From contig NC_043017.1 in NCBI RefSeq assembly GCF_006345805.1, positions 21,762,001 to 21,826,000 of the forward strand: a DNA stretch of 64,000 bases. The letters run 5' to 3'. The translations under genes and the position numbers were made by a program. The number at the start of each line of letters is the position of its first letter. The first letter of the stretch is position 1. This DNA is from Octopus sinensis. Its lineage: Eukaryota. Below, piece by piece: positions 1 through 14,565 of this stretch. The notes under the pieces were generated by a model, which saw nothing but the letters and a program-made list of their open reading frames with translations, was not told the origin of the DNA and did no database searches.

Positions 1-191
1 TATATATATATATATGTATATATATGTATATATATACATACATACACACACACACACATATATGTATATATTTATGTAACTATATATATATGTATAAATA
101 TATGTATGCATTGAGAGATAGATAAATAGAAAGATACACAAACACATATAAATACTTGCGTGTTTATACATATTTATATGTATGTGTGTAT

Positions 192-229
<38 letters not shown>

Positions 230-484
230 AAAATTAGGAATAAGTTTTTAAGTTATGTTTTACTTGTTTTAAATTTCACAATATTTAAAAGTATTTTAAA
301 TGTTTAAAAAAGGAAAAAAAAAATATTTTAAATCTTTGTCATGTTTCTATTTTTTTTAATTTTCTGTATAGTTTACAAACGTAAATTTTTATAAATCCTT
401 GAATAAATGTGAAAACAAAAGTAAAAAGGAAAAAGGAAAGTAAATCTATCGGATTTTGAAGTGAAGAATTCATGTCATGATTAC

Positions 485-487
485 CAT
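485..487 (-). CDS. Possible ATG-only first coding exon end (TATG|gtaatc)
   Basis: Minus strand reads ttctATG|GTAATC at the end of a repeat-poor segment (~430-1550). A motif this short can arise by chance. Confidence 0.15.
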
Positions 488-1639
488 AGAACAAGATGAT
501 AGAGGGCTTTTACATAAAGGTGCTAAAAGCAGCACGTTCGAAAGTACTTGGCCGATAAAACCACTACTTCACAAGCTCATATAAAATTAGCCAGAAATTT
601 TTTTTCTGCGTTGATCCACTTTTTTTCCGTTTTTCACAAAGCCTTAAAATTCAATTGAAATTTCAAAGACCATAGTAGTAGTAATAATAATAATAATAAT
701 AGTGGCAACAACAACAATGATGAATTTAAATAAAAGTCCTTTTCAGTCAATAAATTCTTTTTGAATTAGATAGGAGATAAAAATCATCCACACAACAATA
801 AATTCTTGAAACGAAATGAAAGAATGAAAGAGCTAAAAAAAAAAAAAAAAAAGAAATGTAAAGAATGGAGAAAGAAAACAAAAAAAAATTTTTTGTGTGT
901 GTACGTATATTCACACACACACATGCACCATGCACACATTCACATATATGCATGTATATATTTACATAAAAAAAAAAACGAAATATATAAAGCTAAACCA
1001 TCAGCAAAAATTTCAAACTTTAAACAATGTAATAAAAATGGAAAATTTCAGTGATGAAATTTACAGACATACTAAGTGTAACGAAAATAAATGTTACAAA
1101 AGAAAACAAAAACAAAAGAAAAATAGAGGAACTACTACTACTACTACTACTAATACCACCACAACCACCACCACCACCACCACTACTACTAATAATAATA
1201 ATGATGATAGAAGCAGCAGCAGCAGCAGAAAAGTATGCTATGGAAAACAGTATATAGTCAACAAAAGCTCTCTGCAAAATTCTACAAAACCAAAGCAGAA
1301 AAGAAAAAAAAAATGGAATTAAACTGTCTTGGAAAAATGTTTCAGTTCTTAATTACAGAAGTAATTAACATTAGACCATAATTTTTCCATGTTTACTTTT
1401 TACTAAGTGAAAACAAAGTGCACACACACACAAAGTTGGAAAGAGGGAGAAAAAGACAGATAGCAATAATAAAGGGACAAATAATAAATTGAAGAAAACT
1501 CAAAGCAAGAACTGTAAACTACCACTGAAAATGCATTGCGGGACATGCTTCAAATCTGATAATGATATATCAGTGATATGCTATTATCAATATTATCAAT
1601 ACATGACAGACAGACAGGCAGACAGATAGATGCATGTAT

Positions 1640-2055
1640 ACTATATTCTTTTACTCTTTTACTTGTTTCAGTCATTTGACTGCGGCCATGCTGGAGCACC
1701 ACCTTTAGTCGAGCAAATCGACCCCGGGACTTATTCTTTGTAAGCCCAGTACTTGTTCTCTCGGTCTCTTTTGCCAAACCACTAAGTGACGGGGATGTAA
1801 ACACACCAGCATCGGTTGTCAAGCAATGCTAGTGGGACAGACACAGAGACACACAAACACACACACACACACATACATATATACATATATACGACAGGCT
1901 TCTTTCAGTTTCCGTCTACCAAATCCACTCACAAGGTTTTGGTCAGCCTGAGGCTATAGTAGAAGATACTTGCCCAGGGTTTCACGCAGTGGGATTGAAC
2001 CCGGAACCATGTGGTTGGTAAACAAGCTACTTACCACACACCCATTCCTGCGCCT
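1640..2055 (-). mobile_element. tRNA-derived SINE, family A (CORE-like CCTTGGGCAAGTG motif)
   Basis: Full-length reverse copy of the element also at ~13910-14345, 17340-17745, 18040-18455, 19190-19595, 23558-23930 and 56035-56390: tRNA-like head, CTTGGGCAAGTGTCTT core, internal (TA/TG)n, AAAAGAGT tail. Confidence 0.85.
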
Positions 2056-2145
2056 ATATCTATATTAATATATAGACAGACAGATAAATAGTCAGACAGG
2101 TAGGTACATGAGTGAATATATATAATCGAAATTGAACCAATCCTA

Positions 2146-2573
2146 TGACTGGCACCCGGCAGATGCCAGGACCCCTGGACTGGAGATACGTAAAAAGCAC
2201 TATCCGAATTGTGGCCGATGCCAGCGCCGCCTCGACTGGCTTCCGTGTCGGTGGCACGTAAAAAGCACCATCCGAATTGTGGCCGAAGTCAGTGCTGCCT
2301 CGACTGGCTTCTGTGCTGGTGGCACGTAAAATGCACCAATCCGACCGTGGCCGATGCCAGCCTCGCCTGGCACCAGTGCAGGTGGCACGTAAAAAGCACC
2401 CACTACACTCACGGAGTGGTTGGCATTAGGAAGGGCATCCAACTGTAGAAACATTGCCAGATAAGACCGGAGCCTGATGCAGCCTTCTGGCTTCCCAGAT
2501 CCCCGGTCAAACCGTCCAACCCATGCTAGCATGGAGAACGGACGTTAAACGATGATGATGATGATGATGATGA
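2146..2573 (+). mobile_element. Family C retroelement-like repeat with internal VNTR and (GAT)n tail
   Basis: Four copies of the GCACGTAAAAAGCACC motif spaced 68, 68 and 63 bp, then a constant 3' module ending GGACGTTAAAC(GAT)n. Confidence 0.8.
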
Positions 2574-2803
2574 TGTTTACAGCATACTCGTAAGGTTGAA
2601 ATGATGTAGTCAGAGCTCTGCTTGATCACAGCTGACAGGGACTAACCAACAACATATTCAGTCTTGCTGCAAAATAATAGGATAATGGAGACAAGAGCCT
2701 CTTAAAAGCAGATTTGTCATCTCCTGGCTTGTCAGAAGCATTTAGATGCTGCTACAATCAAGTTGTTTACAGCAACTGAACTGTTTCTTGGTTTTATGTC
2801 ACA

Positions 2804-3203
2804 CTAGCAGTATCGCCCGGCGTTGCTCGGGTTTGTAAGGGAAATAACTATATAAGCATTTTTAGAGAGTTATAGCCAAAAGATAGCAAAAAAATGCATT
2901 AAAAATGGAAAAAAAAAATTATGGTAAATTTTTTTTTAAATCGTTGACTCATCGTAGACATTTTTAGAGAGTTACTTCCCTTATATAATAGCGAAAAAAT
3001 GCATTAAAAATGGGAAAAAATTATGGTAAATTTTTTTTAAATCGTAGACTCATCGTAGACGCGCGCTAATACCCAGAAGGGCTCGATATGAATCACGACT
3101 ATAAGATACCCGCTTTTGGTTACACTGCATCGCAAAATGTGGGAGTAGTTAGGAATCTAAATCGTAGGAGACAGACACACAACTTGACTTTTATATATAA
3201 AGA
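2804..3203 (-). mobile_element. Non-autonomous Helitron
   Basis: On the minus strand: A|TC...CCCGAGCAACGCCGGG hairpin...CTAG|T, the canonical Helitron ends and AT target. Contains an internal ~100 bp duplication. Homologous to 56541-56937. Confidence 0.8.
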
Positions 3204-3384
3204 TTTCTTGAGTGGTTCTTGACTCAGTTTGGATAAATTTCACTGAAGAATGAGCACTTCTTACAGAAGCATGTGTAGCAATCAGGTACCAATCATATTC
3301 TTTTGTGTTCCAGTAACTTATGCACTTGGTGTAAAATAACAAGCCTGATGCTGTGACTAGAGACACATGTAATAGGGGGCTGTT

Positions 3385-3690
3385 TCTTATCAAAGAATTT
3401 GCCTTTCTACCAAACATTTGGAACTTTTACCAAGGAATGGAACTTTTCTACATAAAAGAGTTAATATCTTTTGTCAAGAAATGGGTTTCTTCCTACCAAC
3501 ATGTGGGAAGTGTCTACAAATAATTAGTATTTCCAACCAAAGAATGTCTACTTCCTATCAAAGAATGGACACTTGTTACTCAAGAATCGTTTCTACATAT
3601 CAAAGAAAGGGCTTTACATTTAGAAAAACAGGTCCTGTCTACATATTTTGGTTACTTCCAATTAAAGAATGATCACTTTCTGCCAAATAA
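3385..3690. repeat. Degenerate ~21 bp minisatellite
   Basis: Recurrent ttct(a/t)ccaaagaat-like units. Confidence 0.5.
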
Positions 3691-4565
3691 TTAATAATAG
3701 AAGGAAAATGATATGTTAATAATACAAATAGTAAAATTTAGTGTAAAATTCAAGGACCAGGGTCTGCCTTGCCCTCCAAATAACATGGGACGTCTTTGAT
3801 AATGTCAATGACTGTACAGAGAATTGTAGATTTTGTTGGGCTAAAAAATTCCTTATGCTACGTTAACCAGTAACAACTCTAAATCAGGAACTATGAAAGC
3901 ATTTCTAAACATGGGGACGTATTACATTGCTTGGAAACAGGTGAGGCATGGCACCAGGAAGTGCATTCAATCACTACAAAATCTGCTCCAATGAATTCCG
4001 ACTGATCCTTGCAAACGTGGAAAGGTGTACCTGATGATGATGACGACAAAGATGATGATGATATTTACATTAATGTAAATGTGCGTGTGTGTGTGTGTAT
4101 GTGTGTAGGTAGGAAGATATAGATATTTGTATATGCACATGTATGTGTGTGAATGAATACAGACATTTATATACATCGACACCTATAATAGATTCGTAGG
4201 ATTTCAACAATATGGCAAGTAATAATAATCATTTGATTTAAACAAGATATGCTTCTTTCATATTGAAACACTAACAATAAATCAAGGTTGAGAACAGACA
4301 TTTTCAGTGTATGTATGCGAAGACCCGTAACAAAACTGAAACTGGAAGCAATGTGGATATTTTAAATTTATTCATATGAAACATTAAGTTTCTTGGTTTG
4401 TTTCATAGTTTTTTCTTATTTATTGATTTATTTTCTTTATTTTCTTTTGCTTGTTATTTTTTTCCATTGTAAAGGAGTGAAATTATATATTTGCATATAA
4501 ATATATACACACACACATACATATATATGCATATATATATATATATTTACATATATACACACACA

Positions 4566-4607
<42 letters not shown>

Positions 4608-5024
4608 TATATAATATATAGATAGACAGATAGATAGGTAGATATACTTATCTAGTAGTTGGCAGCATTTTATCATTGCTGTCGAAATCAATTGCAGATA
4701 TGAATATATTTCAGTTTTGACAAATTCCATGTGTCAAATAATAATAATAATAATAATAATAGTAATAATAATAATAATGATGATGATGATCTTATGGTGA
4801 AAGCTAAACATGGTAAGATAGGCAACAGAATTGCAAACTGTTAAAAAAAGAATTTGAAAATAAACAAAAAACAATTTTGAGTTATTTTATAATGTCATCA
4901 TTTCCTTTAATATTTAAGTTATAATATATATACAATATATATACATACATGTACAAAAATAAACACACACATATATATATATATAAATATATATACATAA
5001 ACATATATACACAAATGTATTTAC

Positions 5025-5071
<47 letters not shown>

Positions 5072-5312
5072 GCATATTTAGGTATGTAAATGAGCTGTGT
5101 GAGGACTGTTGTGTATATTATAGTTGATAGTAGAAAGATCAGTGTAATATATGGCATAATCATCATCATCATCATCATCTTCACCATCATCACCACAAGT
5201 CATATCTACTTTTGTGATTTTTCATGTTTGGTTTCTATTACAGCATCTTGCCACTTTCTTAAAATCTTAGGTAAATGTCTTGATTATTATTATTATTATT
5301 ATTATTATTATC

Positions 5313-5995
5313 ATTGCCTACGCACAGCTTCTAATGCTGGAGATGTACTATGTTGTCAGCTGCCCACTACCAGTGAACTAAGGTAACACCTCTTATTTTT
5401 TTAGCACCTTCTGGAGTATTCAAACAGTTCCAAGCAGTGCTGTTTTCTGCAAGTGCTCCACCCTTATTGCACCCCTATTTGTTCCATGTACTTCTCGAGA
5501 TTTTTACTCATTGTTCCCAGGGCTCCAACAATTACTGGTACTACTATTACCTTTTCATTGACCACAACTGCTTAACTTCCCAAGCTAACCTGTCATATCT
5601 CTCAACTTTTCTTCCTTATCGCATACCTTGTCAGCTGGGCATGCTATATCTATGATCCAGCATAGTTTGTTTTGTTTCTCAATTAAGACTATGTCTGGTT
5701 TCCTATTCTCTATCTCATGGTGGCACTGAATCATAAAATCCCATAGGATCTTTGCATTTCTATTTTCGACAATGCCTTCAGGTTTGTGGTCGTACCAATT
5801 TTTTGCTCTGTCAAGTCCATACTTGTTGCAAAGTGTCCAATGGACAAGCCTAGCTATATTGTTGAGGCATCTCTTATATTCCTTTTGGGCTTGTGGCGTA
5901 CATTGGCTGGTAATATGCCATACGGTTTCACCATTTTGTCCACAGATTCTGCACTTATCACTTTCTGATGTGTTGTCTATTCTGTATTTTATGTA
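5313..5995 (-). mobile_element. 5'-truncated RLE-type non-LTR retrotransposon (R4/Dong-like) 3' end
   Basis: Translation shows the CCHC knuckle KCRICGQNGETVWHITSQC and the restriction-like endonuclease motif RKPDIVLIEK...IIDIACP; flanked by (TAA)n tracts. Confidence 0.85.
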
Positions 5996-6051
5996 GTTGT
6001 TGTTGTTGCTGCTGCTGCTGCTTCTTCTTCTTCTTCTTCTTCTTATTATTA

Positions 6052-6082
<31 letters not shown>

Positions 6083-7021
6083 TATTATTATAATGCTTCT
6101 TGGCTTAACATGCAAAGCTTAATATCAAAATTTCTATTATCATTATTATTATTATTATTAAGGTGTCAAGCTGGCAGAATTGTTAGCACACATAAAACGG
6201 TCCTGTGCTGGTGCTGCATAAAAAGCACCCAGTAGACTCTGTAAAGTGGTAGGCATTAGGAAGGGCATCTGGCCATAAAAACCAGGCCAAAACAGATCAT
6301 TAGTGCCTGGTGCAGCTCCCCGGTTTGTCAGCTCTATCAAACCAGCTAACCAGCCCACCCATGCCAGCATGATTGATGGACGTTAAATGATGATGGTGAT
6401 GATGATGGCACATTAGCAGAATATCTAGAGCACTGTGGAAGATGCCTTGCAGCCATTCTTCAGCTTCTTTATATTGTGAAATCAGATGTCATTAAGGTCG
6501 TCTTTGCCTTTCATCCTTTCAGTGATCAATAGAATTAAGCACCAATAAACACCACTCTGCAGACACATTAAAAGAAAAACAAATAATCATCTTTAAATGT
6601 ACGTATTTTTATATTGTTATTGATTAATCAGAGTTGAAATGGACCAAAGCTGATGATGTCAATAGACTCTCTCGGTGAGGTTACATTAGCTCAATGCCAA
6701 CAAGAAAAAATGGCTGGAAAGTCACCTATTACTTTATACTTTTAGTATTTAAATTGACCATATCTGGCTCAAATATTCTACCTGTTTTATGTTCAAACCA
6801 GCCAGGTCCTGTCTGTCACACCTTCCCTATAATGTCATTCTGAAAATGAACAATCACATCGTAGAAATCTCAAAGCTAAGAGATAATGCAAGATTAATTG
6901 AAAACAATGATATATCTATCTTTATATATATATATAATGAAGAAATAAGTGATATAGATATCCACTTTATACAGCTCAACCAATTGGCACTTCAGGAATT
7001 TAAAATAAAGAAGGAGAGAAG

Positions 7022-7082
<61 letters not shown>

Positions 7083-7188
7083 ATATAATATAATGTTTTA
7101 CTATAAAATTGGATTCAATCTTAAATCTGATTTTTCCTTGTAAATTTGGATTTATTCCCTAATATTTATTATTATTATTATTATTATG

Positions 7189-7220
<32 letters not shown>

Positions 7221-7280
7221 AACCCATGCTAGCATGGAAAGCGGACGTATGATGATGATGATGATGATATATATATATAC

Positions 7281-7349
<69 letters not shown>

Positions 7350-7747
7350 ATATTATATATATATATATATCATTGTAAAAAACATAAATCTGAAAGAAGC
7401 ACTCTCTAGGATGCAGAGCAGTATATATTAAAAATGAGGAAGACTGGTTTATGGGGTCACCTTAGGTTTCCCATCCATAAAAGGTAGGAAAACTAAGGTA
7501 ATCCCATAAACAGGCCTTCCCCATTTTAAAGATATATATATATATTATATATATATATATATCTATATATATATATATAAATATATATATATGTAACAAG
7601 CTCATTTCCTCCTCCATATTCCAAAGAGACCACTCACTAGAGAGGCCTTTAGCCAACAGGTTGTGGGATCCGATGATATGCCATAAAGCCAAGCCCTTTA
7701 TGGACATGAAACCTATGGTAATCCTATACAGCAACCTTATCTAACTT

Positions 7748-7801
<54 letters not shown>

Positions 7802-9244
7802 TGAATAAAGAATTATAACATTGATGTGATACTGAATACCTACTTTTGGACCCTGCTGTGCAAAAGAAGGTATACAATAAGTATCACTTCAATGTTATAA
7901 TACTTCATTCATTAAAATTATTAACACATTAAATTAGTTAGCCCCATTTTTGATATTTTCAGTGCCCTTAATCATAATGATGCATTTATCATCAATATAA
8001 TACTACTTTTATCATAACTTTTAATTGTTTTGATAAAAATAATTAAGTACTGTAAATGTTTTCTTTTTTCCATAACTGTATATAATATATATATATATAT
8101 AATTTAAGTCATAATATATGGATTCAAGTAATCCGGTAGTGCACACAGGAAAAAAAAAAGCTCCTTACTGTATCATTCTACAAGACATATAAATATATAT
8201 AATATGATACAAGATGAAATGATAAGGAGTGTAGAAAATCATTAAATGACAGAAAAATTGATGACTTCACACACACACATAAGCTCAGTGCCGATGCTGA
8301 AGTTGGTGAAACAAGTGAAGTAGGATATTGATTGCCAAGAGATGCAAGAACTGTAATGATGAATATGATGATGATAATGATGATAACTGAACCTGTTTAC
8401 AATTTCTTGTATTGCAGTCATGAAATGATCCCTTACTTTTTGCACTACTCAATCAACATGCACACATGCACACACACACACACACAAATACAAACACACA
8501 CACACACACAATTGCACAATTACATGCATATACATCCACATACTCTTGTAACTACCAACACACATGCATACAAACACATGTATGTTCACTCACTCACTCT
8601 CATGGTTACATGCATATACACACATTATTACCTACCCACATACACACTGCACAGGCACTCAAACTTACACAACAACATACACATACACACACATAATTAT
8701 CTACACACATACATAAACTACACACACAGAATTACCTAAACTCATACACACACACACACAACTACATGCTCACACACACACATCCATCCACATAATATAC
8801 CCCACCCCCACCAACACACACACAAAGAATAAGGTTCTTAAAAGGGATTCAAAATCAACTAATTGCCTTCAACATTTTAAAGGAAATTATTCCTAACTTA
8901 AATTCTTTACCATCTTAAAAGCCAAACTGTGTTCCTCAAAATTCTACCTTTTAACCTAAAAGGGAGTCAAAAGGAAGCTAAAAGGAATATTAAGAAGGGC
9001 TGCATGTCTCAAAAAGGCTTGGGTTTTTTTTGTCTTTTTTTTTTAGTTAACATAATGTTAAAGGCTTCGTTTTAGTTTTACAACCTGATTCAGTTGTTAT
9101 TGAAACAGTGGGGTCTATTTGCTAACTTGCCGCCAAATGGCATTTAGAAAACCAAGCGTAAAGCATTACATCATAAAACACTTTATTTAAGAAGTTAAAA
9201 TCGTTGTTTGTAAGTAAACCTCATGTGCAATTGTTTGTTTAGAT

Positions 9245-9440
9245 GGGAAGGCAGTGAGCTGGCAGAATTGTTAGCGTACTGGACAAAATGATTAGTGGTA
9301 TTTTGCCTGTCGCTACATTTTGAGTTCAATTTCTGCCGAGGTTGACTTTGCCTTTCATCGTTTCAGAGTCGATAAATTAAGTACCAGTTGCATACTGGAG
9401 TCGATGTAAGTGACTAGTCTCCTCCCCACAAATTTCAGGC
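9245..9440 (+). mobile_element. tRNA-derived SINE, family B
   Basis: GAGCTGGCAGAA...GAGTTCAA head and GACTTTGCCTTTCATCC...GATAAATTAAGTACCAG core. Other copies near 21322, 21620, 21762, 27205, 27425, 42690, 43310, 43493, 48560 and 55645. Confidence 0.8.
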
Positions 9441-10227
9441 CTTGTACCTATAGCAGAAAGGTTTATTTAGATGGGATGATGATGATGATGATGATGGCCA
9501 TCACCACCATCTTCATTGTTGTCATCATCATCATCCTTTTAATGCTTGCTTTTTCATGCTTGCATGGATCAAGGGAAGAATCTTGTCTTTGAAGAATTCT
9601 ATTGGTCTCTTTTGCGAAACTGCTACGTTACAGGGACATAAACACACCAACACCAGTTATCAAGTTGGTGACTGAACCCAGAACCATGTGGTTGGGAACC
9701 AAGCTTCTTACCACACAACCATGCCTGCAACTATATGAATATATATATATATATTATATATATATATATTTACATGTGTGTGTCTTTGTGTCCATATTTG
9801 TCCCTGACATGATCATTTGATAACTAGTCTTGGTGTGTTTGTGTCCTGTAACTTAGCAACAAAAGAGATTGGTAGAATAAGTACCACTTCTTAAAAACAA
9901 AAAAAAGAAGTACCTGAGTCAATTCATTCAACTAAAAATTCTCGAAGATGGTGCCCCAGCATGGCCACAGTCTGATGACTGGCACAAGCAGAATATAAAC
10001 GATAAACAATGGAAATATGCACACACACACACACACATGAATCTTTTATCATTTACTTGTTTCAGTCCTGAGACTGTGGCCATGCTGGGGCACTACCTTG
10101 AAGGATTTTTAATCAAATGAATCTACCCCAGAAGTTGTTTTCTATTAAAGCCTGGTATTTATTCTGTTGTTAGGTTGAATACAATAAAGGTAAAACCAGG
10201 AAGATTTGCAGAGAAAGAAAATCTTAC

Positions 10228-10272
10228 CTTCGTTGAAGGAAGATTAACAATTATGGAAGATAAATAAGACAT
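10228..10272 (-). CDS. Candidate short coding exon MSYLSSIIVNLPSTK (phase 0)
   Basis: ATG at 10272, 15 codons, strong donor AAG|gtaaga. An upstream acceptor (ttatcag|, exon start 10283) keeps the same frame open; the other two frames have stops. Confidence 0.4.
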
Positions 10273-10481
10273 GACATATACAACTGATAACACACACACG
10301 CACACACACAAAAAAAAGAAAGAAAGATTTAATTAAATGAGCCATAAAACTTTGCATAGAGAATGAGGATGATGACGATGATGATGATGATGACGATGAT
10401 GATGATGATGATGAAGAAGTTAAAAATTTTAAACAGTTTGAGTGAAAATGAAATGTTGATTCAATTTGAATATTTTACACC

Positions 10482-10537
<56 letters not shown>

Positions 10538-11886
10538 TAATAATAATAATGATGATAATGATAAACAGAGAACAATAAAGAAAACCAAGTCCACGAATTT
10601 GCCTTTCATATACACTCTTCACAATAGTAATTTTACTGTAGACGTAAATCATTCTGAAACGAATAATCAAATTTGAAGTATAATGCCAGGAGGAATGAAG
10701 GAAAGAAGGACTAGAGATGAGATCAAGTACATGCTAATAATACCTATTACTATGGAGACCAGGTGTACTGCAAAACTTTGTTAATTAGTGCCTGTACAAA
10801 GACAAGAGAAGATCATTAATAAAATTCAAGAAGGCTTTATGTCAGAATAATTTTTTTTTTCTCTCTGACCCTTTAGTCATTCAGGGAACAAAGATATTGA
10901 GAAAATCTGAACAAAGATATTCATTTGAAAATCTCCATGTGTTGCTTATCTGCAATTAGCTTTCTCTTTCTATAGATTAATGTTTCAGATTTTATCAATT
11001 AAACGAACACAAGACTGGTGCAATAGAAGAGAGGATGTCTTAAATCACTTCAGGGGCAGATAACCCCATGAGTAAAATGACACTTTGTTCACACTGTAAA
11101 GTGGTTGATGACGGAAGCGTACCCAGCCTTTACAGCTGTATCAAAAGCATCAAAGTCTGTCACATTTTCGGGCATAAAAATTGAAATTTTCAGACCAAAA
11201 TTTGGGAAGATAGTGGTGGTATCTGAATGCTTATCTTTTTCATATTCTGTCAAATTTAATGATTATTTATTCACAGCGTTTTGAATTAATGATGCATTAT
11301 CTCATAGTTTTGGGATTTCAATGATGTGATTATTTATTATTCGAATACTAATTATTTATTATTAGGATGCCTAAGTGAAGATGTATAATTCAATGGTTAG
11401 AGCATTGGGCTTACAATCACGAAGTAATTAGTTCAATTTCTGGACCTAAAAAAATGGTTAAATCAACCAATGAAACTGTCTTTCTTGCAGACTCTCTGCA
11501 GTTTCTACCCATTAAGTTTTGTTGATAAGACTGGCCAATTTGGGGCAAGAAGAGAAAATATTATGGTCTCCAAGAGAAAAATTGCAAGACAGAACCAACA
11601 TCATTTACTCTCTACAAACCCTGGAGGAATGGCTTCTATCAAAATTCAAGGTAGTTGTAAAGTTATTATTTTCATTTTTTTTTTTTCAATGGAGGTACAG
11701 TTTCCAATCATTAAAGTTCATTGACAAGACCAGTCAACTTAAGTCAAGGAGAGAAAATATTATGGTCCTCCTCTCTGCAACCCCTGGAAGAGTGGCTCCT
11801 ACCAAAATTCAAGATAGTTGTGAAGTTATTTTGTCTTTCTTTCAAAGTAGGTACAGTCAAATATTTATCAAAACCACCACACTCAC

Positions 11887-11940
11887 CTTGGCTGCACAAA
11901 CCCCACACAGATGAACTAGTTGAACCTCACATATTGCCAT
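11887..11940 (-). CDS. Candidate first coding exon MAICEVQLVHLCGVCAAK (phase 0)
   Basis: gaaATGG start context, 18 codons, donor AAG|gtgagt. Adjacent to a degenerate SINE, so possibly fortuitous. Confidence 0.25.
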
Positions 11941-12515
11941 TTCATATAAGCTCAGAAAGATACTCTGCTCAAGGTGCTGTGCTGTAAAATCGACCCTAAG
12001 ACCCCAGAGTTAGGATGTTAGATTCTTAACAACACTACCATACTTCTGAATGTGTATTTGATGACTTTAACCATTTGAAACCTTGAGTACATTCTAGCTG
12101 CCATGGTTACATTTAATTATATCCCCGGCAAAGGCAAAAGCGTCAACGTGGCTTTGTGTTTATGGCTTCCTAATTGGCAGAAAAATCGTTATTTCCTGCC
12201 ATAAACACCAAACTTTGTGTTTCACCTGCTTTGACATTTTCTGGGGAAATAGTCAAATGAAACAGTGCCAACAAAAGCATACATGTACATTCAAACGGAT
12301 AATACAGACCCAATATGGGAAAAAAAATCTGATAATGATGTCAGAAATAAAAACTTATCTTTAATGTATATTAATGAAGGGCTCAAACAGGGTTCCACAG
12401 AACTTTAGGGACCTGTGAATAGATACCAGCTTTGCTTGAGACAAGGTGACTTTTGATAAAATTACATAATTTGTTTTATGAAAAAGTTATCAAAACAATA
12501 AATTCTAAATATATA

Positions 12516-12878
12516 ACAAGAGCACTCAGAGAGTGGAAACCTCTGCCAATGCAATACCAACGTCCTCTCAACGATTAACCAGAGATGATTTTTAAAATGA
12601 GGATATCTGAAATATACTCGACTGCTCTCATAAATGGAAATGCTAAAAATGAACCTGGCTGCTTTCAAAAATTAAGTAAAAACACCAGAAAAATAATCCA
12701 GAATTCTTGTCCGGTACCAGATCTAATCAGTTCGTGCCAGTTATGAGGCCAGACATCTCTCTAAGTTTCATCTGAATCCATCCAGCAGTTCTTGAGATAT
12801 TTTGTCCATGGACAAACAAACAAATAAACAAACACAACTGAAAGCAATACCACTGCCTTCATTAAGGTGGAGGTAATA
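12516..12878. mobile_element. Non-autonomous interspersed repeat (AACAAGAGCACTCAG...GGAGGTAATAA type)
   Basis: Ends resemble a widespread non-autonomous element type recalled from metazoan genomes; single copy here; superfamily not assignable. Confidence 0.4.
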
Positions 12879-14069
12879 AATGATTGTATGATATTTATAT
12901 GAATAAATAATAAATAATAAATTATCTTGGGAGGGTCTTTATGCCAATAATAAGGGCAAAGTGACCTTAACAAGATGAAACAAAATCTGTTACAACATAG
13001 GGGTCCATATTAGGCATCTTGCAAGTCAAATATAAAAAATGAAATGTTATAAGATTTTATATGAATAAATAACAAATTATATGATTTTAGTATAAATAAA
13101 TCGATAAAAAAAATTGAATAATAAGTTCAATGGCAGTTCTCTCTGGCCACCTAGAATAAAATACCAATAGACAAATTGGAGTGTGAATAAAATAATTAAT
13201 CCATAATGGTTAGTCCTAAAAAGTAGATGTTGGACTAACAATTATGGATTAATTATTTTAATTAATCATTATATGACTTTTTTATGCGAATGGTTCCTCT
13301 TGAGACTATTTTTGCTTATTGGGGTTCTCTACAAACTATAGGAAACACTGTGTGTATGTGTGTAGGAACTTCATAGCTGTGGTTCTCATGTGGTTAGGAC
13401 TCTGTATTGTGGTTGTAGTAATCCAAGTTCAAATCCTAATCATGGTAGCCTCCTTCAAATATCAGTTTTGTAGGCACAGGTGTGACTGTGTGGTAAGAAG
13501 TTTGCTTCCCCAATAACATGGTTCTGGGTTCAGTTCAACTATGTAGCTCCTTGAGCGGGGCTGATGAAAGCCTTGTTAGTGTATTTGGCAGATGGAAACT
13601 GAGAGAAGCCTGTTGTTTATATGTAATATATATGTATGTGAGTGTGTGAGAGAGAGACAGAGTATGTGTGTGTGTGTGTATGTGTGCATCTTCGTGCTCG
13701 TCCTCCACCACCACTGCATGACAACCAGGGTTGGTTTGTTTATGTTCTGGTAATTCAGCAATTCAGCAAAAGTGACCAATAAACTAAGTGCTCGGCTTTA
13801 AAAATACTAAGAACTGGGGTTGGTTCATTCAAATAAAATTCCTCAAGGCAGTGCCCCAGCATGGTCACAGTCCAGTGACTGAAACAAGCAAAAAATAAAA
13901 AAACATTGGTGCAGGAGTGGGTGTGTGGTAAGTAGCTTGCTTCCCAACCACATGGTTCTGGGTTCAATCCCACTGTGTGGCACCTTGGGCAAGTGTCTTC
14001 TACTATAGCCTGAGGCCAAACAAAGACATGTGAGTGGATTTGGTAGATAGAAACTGAAAGAAGCCTGTC

Positions 14070-14147
<78 letters not shown>

Positions 14148-14529
14148 GTTTGTGTGTGTGTATGTTTGTCCTCCCAACATCACTTGGCAACCGATGCTGG
14201 TGTGTTTACATCCAAGTGACTTAGTGATTAAGCAAAAGAAAGAGACCAATAGAATAAGTACTAGGCTTACAAAGAACAAGTCCTGGGGTTGATTTGCTCA
14301 ACTAAAGGCGATGCCCCAGCATGGCCATAGAAACAAGTAAAAGAAAAAAAGAAATAATATATATATTTATTTATATATATATATCCAAGGTCTTAGGTTA
14401 ACAGGTTTTAGGATCTGACAATACACCTTAAATTTAAACCTTTTATGGATGGGAATCCTAAGGAACCTAAGGTTATCCCATAAACTGGCCCTTCCCATTT
14501 TGAGTATATATATATGTATATATACATAC

Positions 14530-14565
<36 letters not shown>

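Noticed and set aside
2146-2400. CRISPR-like repeat-spacer appearance of family C units
   Set aside because: The intervening sequences are homologous to each other, there are no cas genes, and the context is eukaryotic.
4793-4818. Plus-strand ATG...CATG|gtaaga exon
   Set aside because: Isolated, with no supporting plus-strand exon chain; it shows that such motifs arise by chance.
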